A stretch of 25,383 nt of DNA from a virus (taxonomy: Duplodnaviria > Caudoviricetes). The translations under genes were made by a program, and so were the position numbers. Shown in pieces: positions 1 through 8,162 of this stretch. Below the pieces are notes generated by a model. The model was given only the letters and a program-made list of their open reading frames with translations, was not told the origin of the DNA and searched no databases. Numbering within the stretch: the stretch's first letter is position 1; each line of letters begins with the position of its first letter. The stretch spans positions 1 to 25,383 of IMG/VR virus record IMGVR_UViG_3300037478_000268; one strand, 5' to 3'.

Positions 1-127
1 GTGCCCAAGCTGCAGGCCGTTGCCCGGTTCATCGGTGACAAGGTGGTGCCCGCGATCGCCGGGCTGGTCGGCTGGATCGAAAAGAACCGGGAGATCATCC
101 CGGCCGTGGGGATCGCCATCGCCGCGC
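1..127. repeat. Terminal direct repeat, left copy (assembly overlap of a circular contig)
   Basis: Bases 1-127 (gtgcccaagctgcagg...atcgccgcgc) are identical to 25257-25383. The repeat lies mid-gene and its length matches a common de Bruijn k-mer size. Confidence 0.95.
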
Positions 128-897
128 TGCTGGTGCCCGCGTTCATCGCGTGGGCAATCTCTGCCGGCGCCGCTGCCATCGCCACGATCGCCGCCGCTGC
201 CCCCATCATCCTGATCGGACTGGCCGTAGCCGCACTCGCCTTCCTGATCATCAAAAACTGGGGCACGATCAAGAAGGTCACCCTGGCGGTGTTCAGGTTC
301 GTGTGGCGCTACCTCAAGGGTGTGTGGACGGGGATCGTCGCCGCCGCGCGGTTCCTCTGGGAAGCGATCAGGCGCTACTTCGGGTTCTGGAAGGCCGTCC
401 TGGACAAGGTGATTGGTTGGGTGGTGGGCGTCAAGGACCGGGCGGTCGCGGCGTTCACCCGGATCGTCGAGTTCGTCAAGGCGCTACCCGGTCGTATCCG
501 CTCGGCGGCATCCGGTATGTGGGACGGCATCAAGGACGCTTTTCGCAACGCGCTGAACTGGATCATTGACAAGTGGAACGGGCTGTCGTTCACCCTGCCC
601 AGCGTGACCGTGTTCGGCAAGACGATTGGCGGGGCCACCATCTCTACGCCCAACCTGCCCCGGTTCCACACCGGCGGGGTGGTGCCCGGGCCGGCCGGCG
701 CCGAGGTGCCGATCCTCGCCCGGGCCGGTGAACGGATCCTGACCCGCGAACAGGACCTGACCTCCGGCGGGGGCGAGTTCACCGGCACGCTGGTGCTCGA
801 CTCGGGCCAGCTGCTCGGGCTGGTGCGGGGCGAGATCCAGGCGACCAACCGGGGTGTGATCCGGCGGGTGCTGGCCGGGATGGGGGGTGCACGGTGA
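1..897 (+). CDS. Tape measure protein, C-terminal half (continues from 24363 across the junction; about 596 aa total)
   Basis: In frame with ATG 24363 through the overlap. Periodic W/F amphipathic helices, a hydrophobic Ala/Ile stretch, and a C-terminal LPRFHTGGVVPG...ILARAGERIL motif typical of actinophage TMPs. Confidence 0.9.
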   Translation: MPKLQAVARFIGDKVVPAIAGLVGWIEKNREIIPAVGIAIAALLVPAFIAWAISAGAAAIATIAAAAPIILIGLAVAALAFLIIKNWGTIKKVTLAVFRFVWRYLKGVWTGIVAAARFLWEAIRRYFGFWKAVLDKVIGWVVGVKDRAVAAFTRIVEFVKALPGRIRSAASGMWDGIKDAFRNALNWIIDKWNGLSFTLPSVTVFGKTIGGATISTPNLPRFHTGGVVPGPAGAEVPILARAGERILTREQDLTSGGGEFTGTLVLDSGQLLGLVRGEIQATNRGVIRRVLAGMGGAR

Positions 898-1694
898 GCC
901 TGACCGCCACATACGGCAGCGCCCTGTCGCGGGTCGAGCTGGTCGCGACCGCCCTGGGCGGGGATGCCACCTACGCGGTGGTGGAACGGTCGCTGAACGG
1001 GACGCTGTGGTTCCCCACTCGCGGGGGGCTCGCGCTGCCGGTCGAGTCGGAAGGCGCACAGCTACACGACTACGAGTTCTTCGCCGACGCGCAGACGTCG
1101 TTCCGCATCACGTCCTACGACGACGACGACGTGCAGCAGGAGCAGTTCACCACTTCCATCACGGTCGACCTGAACGGTGTGGCGTGGCTGAAGTCGCTCC
1201 GCTACCCAGCGAACAACCGGCCCATCACCGTAGTTGACTGGTCCGACGTGTCCAGACCCGACCGGGGGGCGGTGTACCCGGTCGTCGGCCGGTCCACCCC
1301 CGTGGGCACCGGCGACCTACACCAGTCTCCACAATTCACGCTTGAGGTGCTGACGGAGTCGGCGGCGCAGGCTGGGGAGTTGGACGTGATCGTCGCGGCC
1401 GGGGGGACGTGGCTGATCCACACCCCGGCGGGGTGCCCGTTCCCGGGCGGGTACGTGCGGATCGGCCAGGTTGACCAGACGCGGCGGACCCGGTCAGCCC
1501 GGTCGGACCGCCGCTACTTCACCCTGCCGTGCACGGTGGTGACTCCGCCGGCTCCCCCGGTGGTCGGGTCGACGCTGAACGCGCAGACCCTGTTCCGGCT
1601 GTACGGAGACGCGAACGCGCTGTTCGCTGCGCACTCAACCGGCCGGTCGCTGCTGGCCACGATCGGGAGCCCCGATGATCAAATTGTTCTATGA
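894..1694 (+). CDS. Minor tail protein, probable distal tail (Dit-like), 266 aa
   Basis: GTGA overlap with the TMP stop and position directly after TMP. DYE and AWLKS...VVGRSTPV segments resemble actinophage post-TMP proteins. Confidence 0.7.
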   Translation: MSLTATYGSALSRVELVATALGGDATYAVVERSLNGTLWFPTRGGLALPVESEGAQLHDYEFFADAQTSFRITSYDDDDVQQEQFTTSITVDLNGVAWLKSLRYPANNRPITVVDWSDVSRPDRGAVYPVVGRSTPVGTGDLHQSPQFTLEVLTESAAQAGELDVIVAAGGTWLIHTPAGCPFPGGYVRIGQVDQTRRTRSARSDRRYFTLPCTVVTPPAPPVVGSTLNAQTLFRLYGDANALFAAHSTGRSLLATIGSPDDQIVL

Positions 1695-1709
1695 GCGGGT
1701 GGTGCTCTG

Positions 1710-2408
1710 ATGCCGGCGTTCACGTCCCCCGACAGCCTTCCGCATGAGTCGCTGACCGGCGACGAACCGACCAGCACGCTCAACGGTGGCAGCGCGGGCA
1801 CGGTCCCGAAGTTGGCGGTGGCGACACAGACGGCGCTGACCAGCATCCGAGACGACGTGCAGGATGTGGCCGACGCTGCCGCCGCCGCCGCGCTTGGGTG
1901 GACCCCGATCGCTACCGGCACCGAGACGGCCGCGTTCACGATCGACCTGACCGCGGGTGGTACGTGGCCGGCTGGCACATTCGAGATGGTCCACGTCCAC
2001 TTCCGCGGGGCGACCAGCGAAGACGGTGTGCGGGTCAACGCCCGCGTCAACGCCGACAGCACGGCCGCGCTGCACCTGCGCACGTGGGAGGTGCGCAACC
2101 TCAACGGGGGGGCGATCATCGACAGCCTGGCCGGCAACAGCGGCGAGGTGACGTCCTGGCCGTTCGCGTGGTGGTCGTCGGGCCTGTCATGCAACGCTCA
2201 GATGCTGATCTTCAACACTGATGTGAGCAGCATCCTCAGCATGGAGGCGTCGAGCTACCGGGCCAGCTCGGGCGACACGCTCCGGCACCGGGGTGTGTTC
2301 CACGGCCACCTGGCTAGTGCGCGACTGCTGAGCAGCCTGCAGATTTTCGCGACGACGGGGTCTATCAGTTCGTGCCGCTGGTGGGCAACCGGGTACCGGG
2401 CGGCTTAG
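1710..2408 (+). CDS. Minor tail protein, 232 aa
   Basis: Lies within the tail cluster and abuts the next ORF. Beta-rich G/S/T C-terminal domain after a short helical linker. Confidence 0.6.
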   Translation: MPAFTSPDSLPHESLTGDEPTSTLNGGSAGTVPKLAVATQTALTSIRDDVQDVADAAAAAALGWTPIATGTETAAFTIDLTAGGTWPAGTFEMVHVHFRGATSEDGVRVNARVNADSTAALHLRTWEVRNLNGGAIIDSLAGNSGEVTSWPFAWWSSGLSCNAQMLIFNTDVSSILSMEASSYRASSGDTLRHRGVFHGHLASARLLSSLQIFATTGSISSCRWWATGYRAA

Positions 2409-5255
2409 ATGGCGTTTACGACGCTCGACGCTGAAGGTGCCCGGTTGGGTGTGCTAGCCGGCACAGGCCGGGTGGCGGTCGACACCGTCGGTGCCAGTGT
2501 GCAGGGCAGGCCGGTGCGGCTGCTGCGGATCGGCCGGCCGCCGCCGGCGCCGGGCACCCGGGCGGTGCTGCTGCTCATGGGCGCCCAGCACGGTGACGAG
2601 CCGGCCGGCCGGGAGGGGCTGCTCGCCGCCGCTGAGCACCTGGCCGCAGTCGAGGCTGTCGACGTCCGGCTGAGGCAGGACGGGGTCTCGGGCGACTTCG
2701 CCAGCACCCCCGACCATTCGTCGCTGGACATCACCGGCGACCTGGACCTGCGGGTCGAGTTCGCCCCGGACCAGTGGGCATCCGGTTCGATCCAGAACGT
2801 GGTCAGCAAGTACGCCACCACCGGCAACCAGCGGTCCTACACGATGCGGCTGTCCAGCACGGGCGAGCTGCAGATGGTGTGGTCCGCCAACGGGACCAAC
2901 CTGATCACCCGCACGTGCACCGCGCCGGTTCCGGCCGGTGATGGGCAGCGGATCGCGCTGCGCGCCACCGTGGACGTGGATGACGGCGCGGGCGGTAACG
3001 TGACCCGGTTCTTCTGGGCGGCGACGATCGCCGGCCCGTGGGCGCCGCTGGGCGACCCGGTGGTGGGCGGTGCGACCACCTCCATCTTCTCCAGCACGGC
3101 GGTGCTGGAGATCGGGTCCACCACCGGCGGGACAGCCGGGCTGACCGCCGGGTGGTGGTGGGCGGCCCAGGTCCGCAACGGCATCGATGGCACGATCGTG
3201 GCTAACCCGGACTTCTCCGCGCAGACCGCGGCGGCCGGAAGCTTCGCCGACTCGACCGGGAAGACGTGGACGATCAACGGGTCCGCGGCGCTGGTGGATG
3301 TGGGCGACCCGGACCTGGTCGACCTGCTCACCGACCACGGTGTGCTGATCGTCCCGACGCCCAACCCGGACGGGATCGCGAACGACACCCGCGAGAACGC
3401 CGACGGGGTCGACCTGAACCGGGACTGGCTGGCGCTGACCACCCCGGAGGTGCGTCCGCTGGCGCAGCTGCTCGGGCTGGTGCGTCCGCTGGTGCTGGTC
3501 GACCACCACGAAGCCGACCCCCAGCTGTCGGCGAACGTGACGTTCGCACCACCCAGCAACCCGCAGTGTGATTCGGGCATTGTGGATGAGGCAGACGCGC
3601 TGATCGTGTTGATGAAGGCCAGGATGACCACCGACGGGTGGACGGAGGACGATTTCGGCGACATCACCGGCGACCCGGACCGGCTGGTCAGCAACGCCGG
3701 GATGAGGCACGCCGCGGCGGTGCTGGTCGAGTCCAGCGTGAGCCAGACCGAAGCGGCCCGCACCGCCCAGCACCTGGCATGCGCGGAGGAAGCCTGGCGG
3801 TACGTCATCGCTAACCTGGCCGCCCTGCTCGACGAGGCCGACGACGCGGCCAGTCGGGTCACCGCCGCCGGTGCTGCCGGTGACGCGTTCGACCTGAACA
3901 ACGGCACCGTGTTGGATCCGGCGCCGCTCGGCTACCGGATCGCTGGGGTGCTGCCAGAGTTCCACCTGGTCGCGTTCGGGATCCTGTCCAGCGGCGCGGT
4001 GGTCAGCATGGCGCAAGCCGCCCAGCCCGTCATCCCGTACCTGTTCGACCCGGCGTCCGAACACGCCATTGCCGACGGCGCACCGCTGGGGGTGCTGCCC
4101 CCGGTCGAGCTGGTCGCCACCGTTTCGGAGTTCGCGCCGATCGTGGCCGGCACACACGACGTGGTAGTACAGGCTCGGGTGCTGGTCGAGTTCACATCCG
4201 GGTCGAACCCGGACGGGATCGAGCTGCCGATCCTGGGCGGAGACGTCCAATTCGGCGCCACCAACGACGTGTTTGCCACGCTGGAACTGGATACGGTCGG
4301 GGTGGACGAGCAGACCGGATGGTCCTGGTTCCCGCGCCGTCTACCCGCCGACCTGCTGGCCCCGTACGGAAACGAGATCTTCGTACGCCGCGGGGTGGAC
4401 ACCGGCAGCGCGATCCTATGGTCACCGCTGGGTTACTTCCGCATCGAGACGGTAGAGCAGGCCGGCCGGTCAGACGACCCGATCAGCATCACCGGGCAGG
4501 ACCGGATGGCCGCGCTGATCGAGGCCAAGGTCACCCGGCCACGGGTGTACGCGCCCACAGTCGCACTCGCCTCGCTGTTCACCGACCTGGTCGGTGACGT
4601 CCACCCGGGCGCCGCGATCGTGTTCGACGACGCGGCCGCATTCGAGCCGATCGGCCGGCAGCTGATCGTCGATGAGTCCCGGTACGAGCCGCTGCGGGAG
4701 ATCGCCGACGGGCTCGGCAAGGTCATGTACTGGGATGGGGAAGGGGTGCTGCGGATCGAGAACACCCCACCCGACGACGAGGTGGTGTGGCGGGTCGCCG
4801 CCGGTGTCGGCGGGGTGCTCATCGACGCTGGCCGGCGGGTCACCCGCGAAGGCGCCTACAACGGGGTCATCATCCACGGCGAGGGCGGCGGTTCGGACAA
4901 GCCGGTGACGGGGGTGGCGGTTGATGCCGGCCCGCGGTCGCCGACCCGGTGGGGTGGCCGGTTCGGGCGGGTGCCGCGGGTGGAGACGCTGGCGACCGTG
5001 CGCACCACCGGGCAGGCCACCGTGGCGGCGCGGGAGCTGCTGCGCCGCAACCTCGGCGCCCCGCACTCCGCCGATTTCACCGCCGTGGCGAACCCTGCGC
5101 TGCGGCCGTGGCAACCGATCCTGGTTGTGTCCGACGACGCCAATGAGGACACACACGTCATACAGACGCTGACCATCCCCCTGGTAACTGACGGTGTGAT
5201 GAGCGGCACCACCCGGCAACGCACCCATGCAGTGATCGGAAGCGTGGTCACATGA
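2409..5255 (+). CDS. Minor tail protein: M14 zinc-carboxypeptidase domain with an inserted LamG/ConA-like domain, fused to a baseplate-hub (DUF5047-like) domain, 948 aa
   Basis: M14 motifs GAQHGDEPAG (H61/E64), NPDG, TRENADGVDLNRDW, VDHHE (H367) and VLVES (E441). Beta-sandwich insert at about aa 85-298. C-terminal hub-like motifs LLAPYGNEIFVRRGV, PLGYFRI, TGQDRMA, YNGVI, GRFGRVP. Confidence 0.8.
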   Translation: MAFTTLDAEGARLGVLAGTGRVAVDTVGASVQGRPVRLLRIGRPPPAPGTRAVLLLMGAQHGDEPAGREGLLAAAEHLAAVEAVDVRLRQDGVSGDFASTPDHSSLDITGDLDLRVEFAPDQWASGSIQNVVSKYATTGNQRSYTMRLSSTGELQMVWSANGTNLITRTCTAPVPAGDGQRIALRATVDVDDGAGGNVTRFFWAATIAGPWAPLGDPVVGGATTSIFSSTAVLEIGSTTGGTAGLTAGWWWAAQVRNGIDGTIVANPDFSAQTAAAGSFADSTGKTWTINGSAALVDVGDPDLVDLLTDHGVLIVPTPNPDGIANDTRENADGVDLNRDWLALTTPEVRPLAQLLGLVRPLVLVDHHEADPQLSANVTFAPPSNPQCDSGIVDEADALIVLMKARMTTDGWTEDDFGDITGDPDRLVSNAGMRHAAAVLVESSVSQTEAARTAQHLACAEEAWRYVIANLAALLDEADDAASRVTAAGAAGDAFDLNNGTVLDPAPLGYRIAGVLPEFHLVAFGILSSGAVVSMAQAAQPVIPYLFDPASEHAIADGAPLGVLPPVELVATVSEFAPIVAGTHDVVVQARVLVEFTSGSNPDGIELPILGGDVQFGATNDVFATLELDTVGVDEQTGWSWFPRRLPADLLAPYGNEIFVRRGVDTGSAILWSPLGYFRIETVEQAGRSDDPISITGQDRMAALIEAKVTRPRVYAPTVALASLFTDLVGDVHPGAAIVFDDAAAFEPIGRQLIVDESRYEPLREIADGLGKVMYWDGEGVLRIENTPPDDEVVWRVAAGVGGVLIDAGRRVTREGAYNGVIIHGEGGGSDKPVTGVAVDAGPRSPTRWGGRFGRVPRVETLATVRTTGQATVAARELLRRNLGAPHSADFTAVANPALRPWQPILVVSDDANEDTHVIQTLTIPLVTDGVMSGTTRQRTHAVIGSVVT

Positions 5256-6040
5256 AACACATGATGAATGTCCCATTCGGATCAGACGACCTGGCCGCGA
5301 TGATCGTGCCCCCGGATCGGGAATGGTCCGGCCGTGCCCTGGGCACCGTGAAGTCGTGGAACCCTGACACATTCGAGAATGTGATCTCGGTCCGGGACAC
5401 CGACATCCCCGACGTGCCGCTGCAGCAGCCGCTATTGGGCCTGACCCTCACCCCCGGCGCGGTGGTCATGGTTGATATCTGGAAACCACGCTCACGCAAG
5501 GGTTCGGCGGTGTACGCCATATCCGGGCAGTGGCTGCCGGTCGGCGCAGGCGCCGCCGCGGGGGCGGTCGCGTTCATGCGCGGCGCGCTCGCCAAGGAAA
5601 TCTCGGCCGAGGTGTTCGGGGAACGCGTCCACGGCGCCACGGTCGCGACCCAGCAGGGTCGCAGCTCAGCCACCTACGGCGATCTGGCTACCGTAGGTCC
5701 CACCGTTCCTGATATCCCGGTCAGCGATGTGGGCACCATGATGGTGTGGGTTGGCTGTTCGGGCGCGGCGTCGTCGCAGACCGATGGGGCAGGGCAGTTC
5801 GGGTACATGTCCTTCGCCGTGTCGGGCGCCACCTCCGTATCGCCGGATGATGCCAGGTCATTCCACGTCGGGTTCTTCGACTTCGATGAATTGGCGGCTG
5901 TCACCAGCCGCGCCGTCAGCGCGGTACTGCTGACCGGGCTGAACCCTGGGCTGCACACCCTGACGGCTAAGTACCGGCAGTCTGGCAGCACCGATGAGGC
6001 GTTTTTCAGCTCGCGGGTATTGCTGGCGATCGGCATATGA
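5252..6040 (+). CDS. Minor tail protein, about 262 aa
   Basis: ATGA overlap with the hub gene. N-terminal GTVKSWNP..NVISV OB-like segment and C-terminal TGLNPGLHTLTAKYR beta domain. Alternative starts at 5261 and 5264. Confidence 0.65.
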   Translation: MKHMMNVPFGSDDLAAMIVPPDREWSGRALGTVKSWNPDTFENVISVRDTDIPDVPLQQPLLGLTLTPGAVVMVDIWKPRSRKGSAVYAISGQWLPVGAGAAAGAVAFMRGALAKEISAEVFGERVHGATVATQQGRSSATYGDLATVGPTVPDIPVSDVGTMMVWVGCSGAASSQTDGAGQFGYMSFAVSGATSVSPDDARSFHVGFFDFDELAAVTSRAVSAVLLTGLNPGLHTLTAKYRQSGSTDEAFFSSRVLLAIGI

Positions 6041-6056
6041 GCATGGAGGCGGCGTG

Positions 6057-6857
6057 ATGGCGTGGCGGCTGGCGGGCAGTCTCGACGTGCTACGGGCCGA
6101 GGTCGGCATCCGGCATCCGGGTACGACGGTGTGGACGATCGCGGATGAGGCGCACGGCACCAACACCGACCACTTCCCGAACGCGGCCGGGGTGGTATGC
6201 GCCAGCGACACCCTCGCCGACGCCGGGCTCGACCTGGCGTGGTACGCGGCCCGGGTGGTCGCGTCGGGGCATCCGGCGCTGAAGTACGTGATCTACAACC
6301 GGCGGATCTGGTCGACCGCCCGGGCCGCTGAGGGCTGGCGGCCGTACTCGGGTGACAACCCGCACACCAGCCACGTGCACGTCTCGGTTGGCACCGGGCC
6401 GGACGGCAGCAGCACCGGACCCTACGACGATCGCAGCCCGTGGGGGCTACTGGCGGAGGAGGATGACATGGACGCGCGTGACGTGTGGCTGGAGAGGCTG
6501 GCGCCGGACGCGACGGTACTGCGGGCATACCCGGGCATCCGGAAAGACGGGTACCTCGCCCAGACCTGGCTGCAGTACACCTACCGGTGGGCGCGCCGGG
6601 CCGCTGACCGGGCGGCCGAGCTGGCGGCCGGGCAGGCTGCCATCCTCGCCGCGGTCGCCGGCACGGACGTGCTTGCCGCGGTGCGGGCCGAGCTGGACCG
6701 GCACCGGGCGCAGCTGCTCGCTGAGCTGGGCGACGGGCTCGCCGACCAGCTCGCCGAGCGGCTGGCCGAGGTGGTACCGGCCGAGCAGGTGCGGACCGCG
6801 GTGGCGGAGGTGCTGGCGGCCCGGGACCGCCGCGCAGCCGGTGACGGTACCCGATGA
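6057..6857 (+). CDS. Endolysin with N-terminal Zn-peptidase domain, 266 aa
   Basis: GGAGG RBS before ATG 6057 (the ORF track start 5994 is too far upstream). Motifs MAWRLAGSL, H..TDHFP, YVIYNRRIW, WRPYSGDNPHTSHVHVS (HxH Zn ligands). Precedes membrane proteins. Confidence 0.8.
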   Translation: MAWRLAGSLDVLRAEVGIRHPGTTVWTIADEAHGTNTDHFPNAAGVVCASDTLADAGLDLAWYAARVVASGHPALKYVIYNRRIWSTARAAEGWRPYSGDNPHTSHVHVSVGTGPDGSSTGPYDDRSPWGLLAEEDDMDARDVWLERLAPDATVLRAYPGIRKDGYLAQTWLQYTYRWARRAADRAAELAAGQAAILAAVAGTDVLAAVRAELDRHRAQLLAELGDGLADQLAERLAEVVPAEQVRTAVAEVLAARDRRAAGDGTR

Positions 6858-6918
6858 ACGTGTGCGCCCCCCAGACCCCGGGGCGCCCCCCGACCTGCAG
6901 GTTGGGGGTGAGCTGGGG

Positions 6919-7278
6919 ATGGTGGACCTAGTGCAGATCATCGCCACGGCCGCGGCGTTGACCGTGGTGGTGGGTGGCATGGCGGCGGCGCTGGTGGCGA
7001 TCCGCCGGTGGATCGCCGGCGTGGCTGCGACCACGGACGCCACCAAGCGGCAGTTGACCGTGAGCAACGGACACACCGTCGGCAACTACGTGGAGAAGCT
7101 GGCCGCCGAGCTGCCGGAGGTCAGACAGGAGATCGCCGACGTCAAGGCGGAGATTGGCACTCTCACCAGCTGGTCCAGCCAGAACCGGGACATCGCCACG
7201 GCCGCCGCGGCTTTGGCCAAGCACGCTAGCGACCGGCTTGACGAGCACCTACGCGGACACGACGGGGAACGATCATGA
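6919..7278 (+). CDS. Membrane protein of the lysis cassette (1 TM plus coiled coil), about 119 aa
   Basis: 3' part of track ORF 6352..7278. ATG 6919 follows a G-rich RBS; hydrophobic IIATAAALTVVVGGMAAALVAI. Stop overlaps the next ATG. GTG 6841 is an alternative start. Confidence 0.65.
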   Translation: MVDLVQIIATAAALTVVVGGMAAALVAIRRWIAGVAATTDATKRQLTVSNGHTVGNYVEKLAAELPEVRQEIADVKAEIGTLTSWSSQNRDIATAAAALAKHASDRLDEHLRGHDGERS

Positions 7279-7493
7279 CCGAGGTGGTGACGCTCGCCAC
7301 GGCGGTGGTGGTGCTGGCCGGCGCAGTGGTCACGTGGCGCACCCGCAAGCAGGTCAAGGAAGTGAGCACCACGATTCAGCAGGTTCACGTGCTCGTCAAC
7401 TCCAGGTTTTCGGAGATGGAGACCCGGATCAATCAACTGACTGCGGCGCTGACCGCCGAGGGCACGCCGGTACCGCCGGCGCCCGAGCGATAG
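7275..7493 (+). CDS. Small membrane protein of the lysis cassette, 72 aa
   Basis: ATGA coupling, N-terminal TM (VVTLATAVVVLAGAVVTW), then a coiled coil containing VHVLVNS. Confidence 0.65.
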   Translation: MTEVVTLATAVVVLAGAVVTWRTRKQVKEVSTTIQQVHVLVNSRFSEMETRINQLTAALTAEGTPVPPAPER

Positions 7494-7504
7494 AAGGGGG
7501 CGTA

Positions 7505-7762
7505 ATGGTCACACCACGGGAGCAGGTGAAGGCGATCGTCGGCGGGATCCTGGCGGGACTGGGCACGCTGGGCGGCGCCCTGACCGATGGGCACGTGACT
7601 GCACTGGAATGGGTGGCGGTGGCGCTCGCGGCAGTCGTGACGTACAGCACGGTGTTCGGCATCCCCCAGCCGGCGCCTCTGCCGTCGCTGACCGCGCATG
7701 AGCTGCGGGGCATGGCGGACCGGGTGGCCCGGGCGGAACGGGCGGAACGGGAGTCGCGGTGA
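7505..7762 (+). CDS. Putative holin, 85 aa, two TM segments
   Basis: AGAAGGGGG RBS and ATG 7505. KAIVGGILAGLGTL..ALTDGHVTALEWVAVALAAV..VFGIP resembles actinophage holins. Charged C-terminal tail. Confidence 0.7.
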   Translation: MVTPREQVKAIVGGILAGLGTLGGALTDGHVTALEWVAVALAAVVTYSTVFGIPQPAPLPSLTAHELRGMADRVARAERAERESR

Positions 7763-7962
7763 GCGTTCAGACCGAGCAGGATGTGATGCAGGACGATCTT
7801 GCCGCGATCCTGCGGGAGCTGGAATTGGGTGACCATGCTCGGCCGCTGTCCCCTCACCAGGTGGTGCGGACCGAGGTGCTGCCGATGATCCGAGCGTGGC
7901 GGATGACCCTGGCCGGCTCGGGGGTGCCGGTGCCCTGCGCCCGGTCGCTGGACACCTTGTAA
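7759..7962 (+). CDS. Hypothetical protein, 67 aa
   Basis: GTGA overlap with the holin stop and plausible codon usage. No recognised motif. Confidence 0.5.
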   Translation: MSVQTEQDVMQDDLAAILRELELGDHARPLSPHQVVRTEVLPMIRAWRMTLAGSGVPVPCARSLDTL

Positions 7963-7990
7963 CTGGGCGACCTTGGGTCAGCCGTGACCA

Positions 7991-8100
7991 GCGTTTTCCC
8001 TGGTTACGCACATGGCTAAGGGCCGAGCGCCTTACAAGCGGGAGGTCGCTGGTTCGAAACCAGCCGCGCCCACCAAAACCTCTCCGACCAGGGAAAATGC
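7991..8100. repeat. Inverted repeat flanking the attP core
   Basis: GCGTTTTCCCTGGTT (7991-8005) and GACCAGGGAAAATGC (8086-8100) are reverse complements at 13 of 15 positions. Confidence 0.6.
8028..8075 (+). mobile_element. attP common core: 3' half of tRNA-Val(TAC)
   Basis: CGC-CTTACAA-GCGGG (anticodon loop TAC), variable loop AGGTC, T-arm GCTGG-TTCGAAA-CCAGC, acceptor 3' strand CGCGCCC, then ACCA. No D-arm or 5' acceptor strand upstream. Adjacent to the integrase. Confidence 0.88.
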
Positions 8101-8148
8101 CAACCACTCCGGGACCGTACGCCCGACGCACACGGCGCGGCGACCGTG

Positions 8149-8162
8149 TAACATCCCCCGAA
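8149..8162 (+). promoter_or_regulatory. Putative -10 element for a leaderless integrase transcript
   Basis: TAACAT at 8149-8154, 7 nt before ATG 8162, with no Shine-Dalgarno sequence. Confidence 0.45.

Noticed and set aside
2655-3305. Intein within the tail peptidase
   Set aside because: No C/S start with HN-C/S/T end and no splicing blocks. The insert resembles a lectin-like tail domain.
2454-4250. Long antisense ORF (598 aa) and the many similar overlapping ORFs
   Set aside because: These are shadow frames of high-GC coding genes, with biased composition, no motifs and no RBS.
8012-8075. Intact phage tRNA-Val gene
   Set aside because: No 5' acceptor strand or D-arm, and only 3 bp of anticodon stem. 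It is an attP core fragment.
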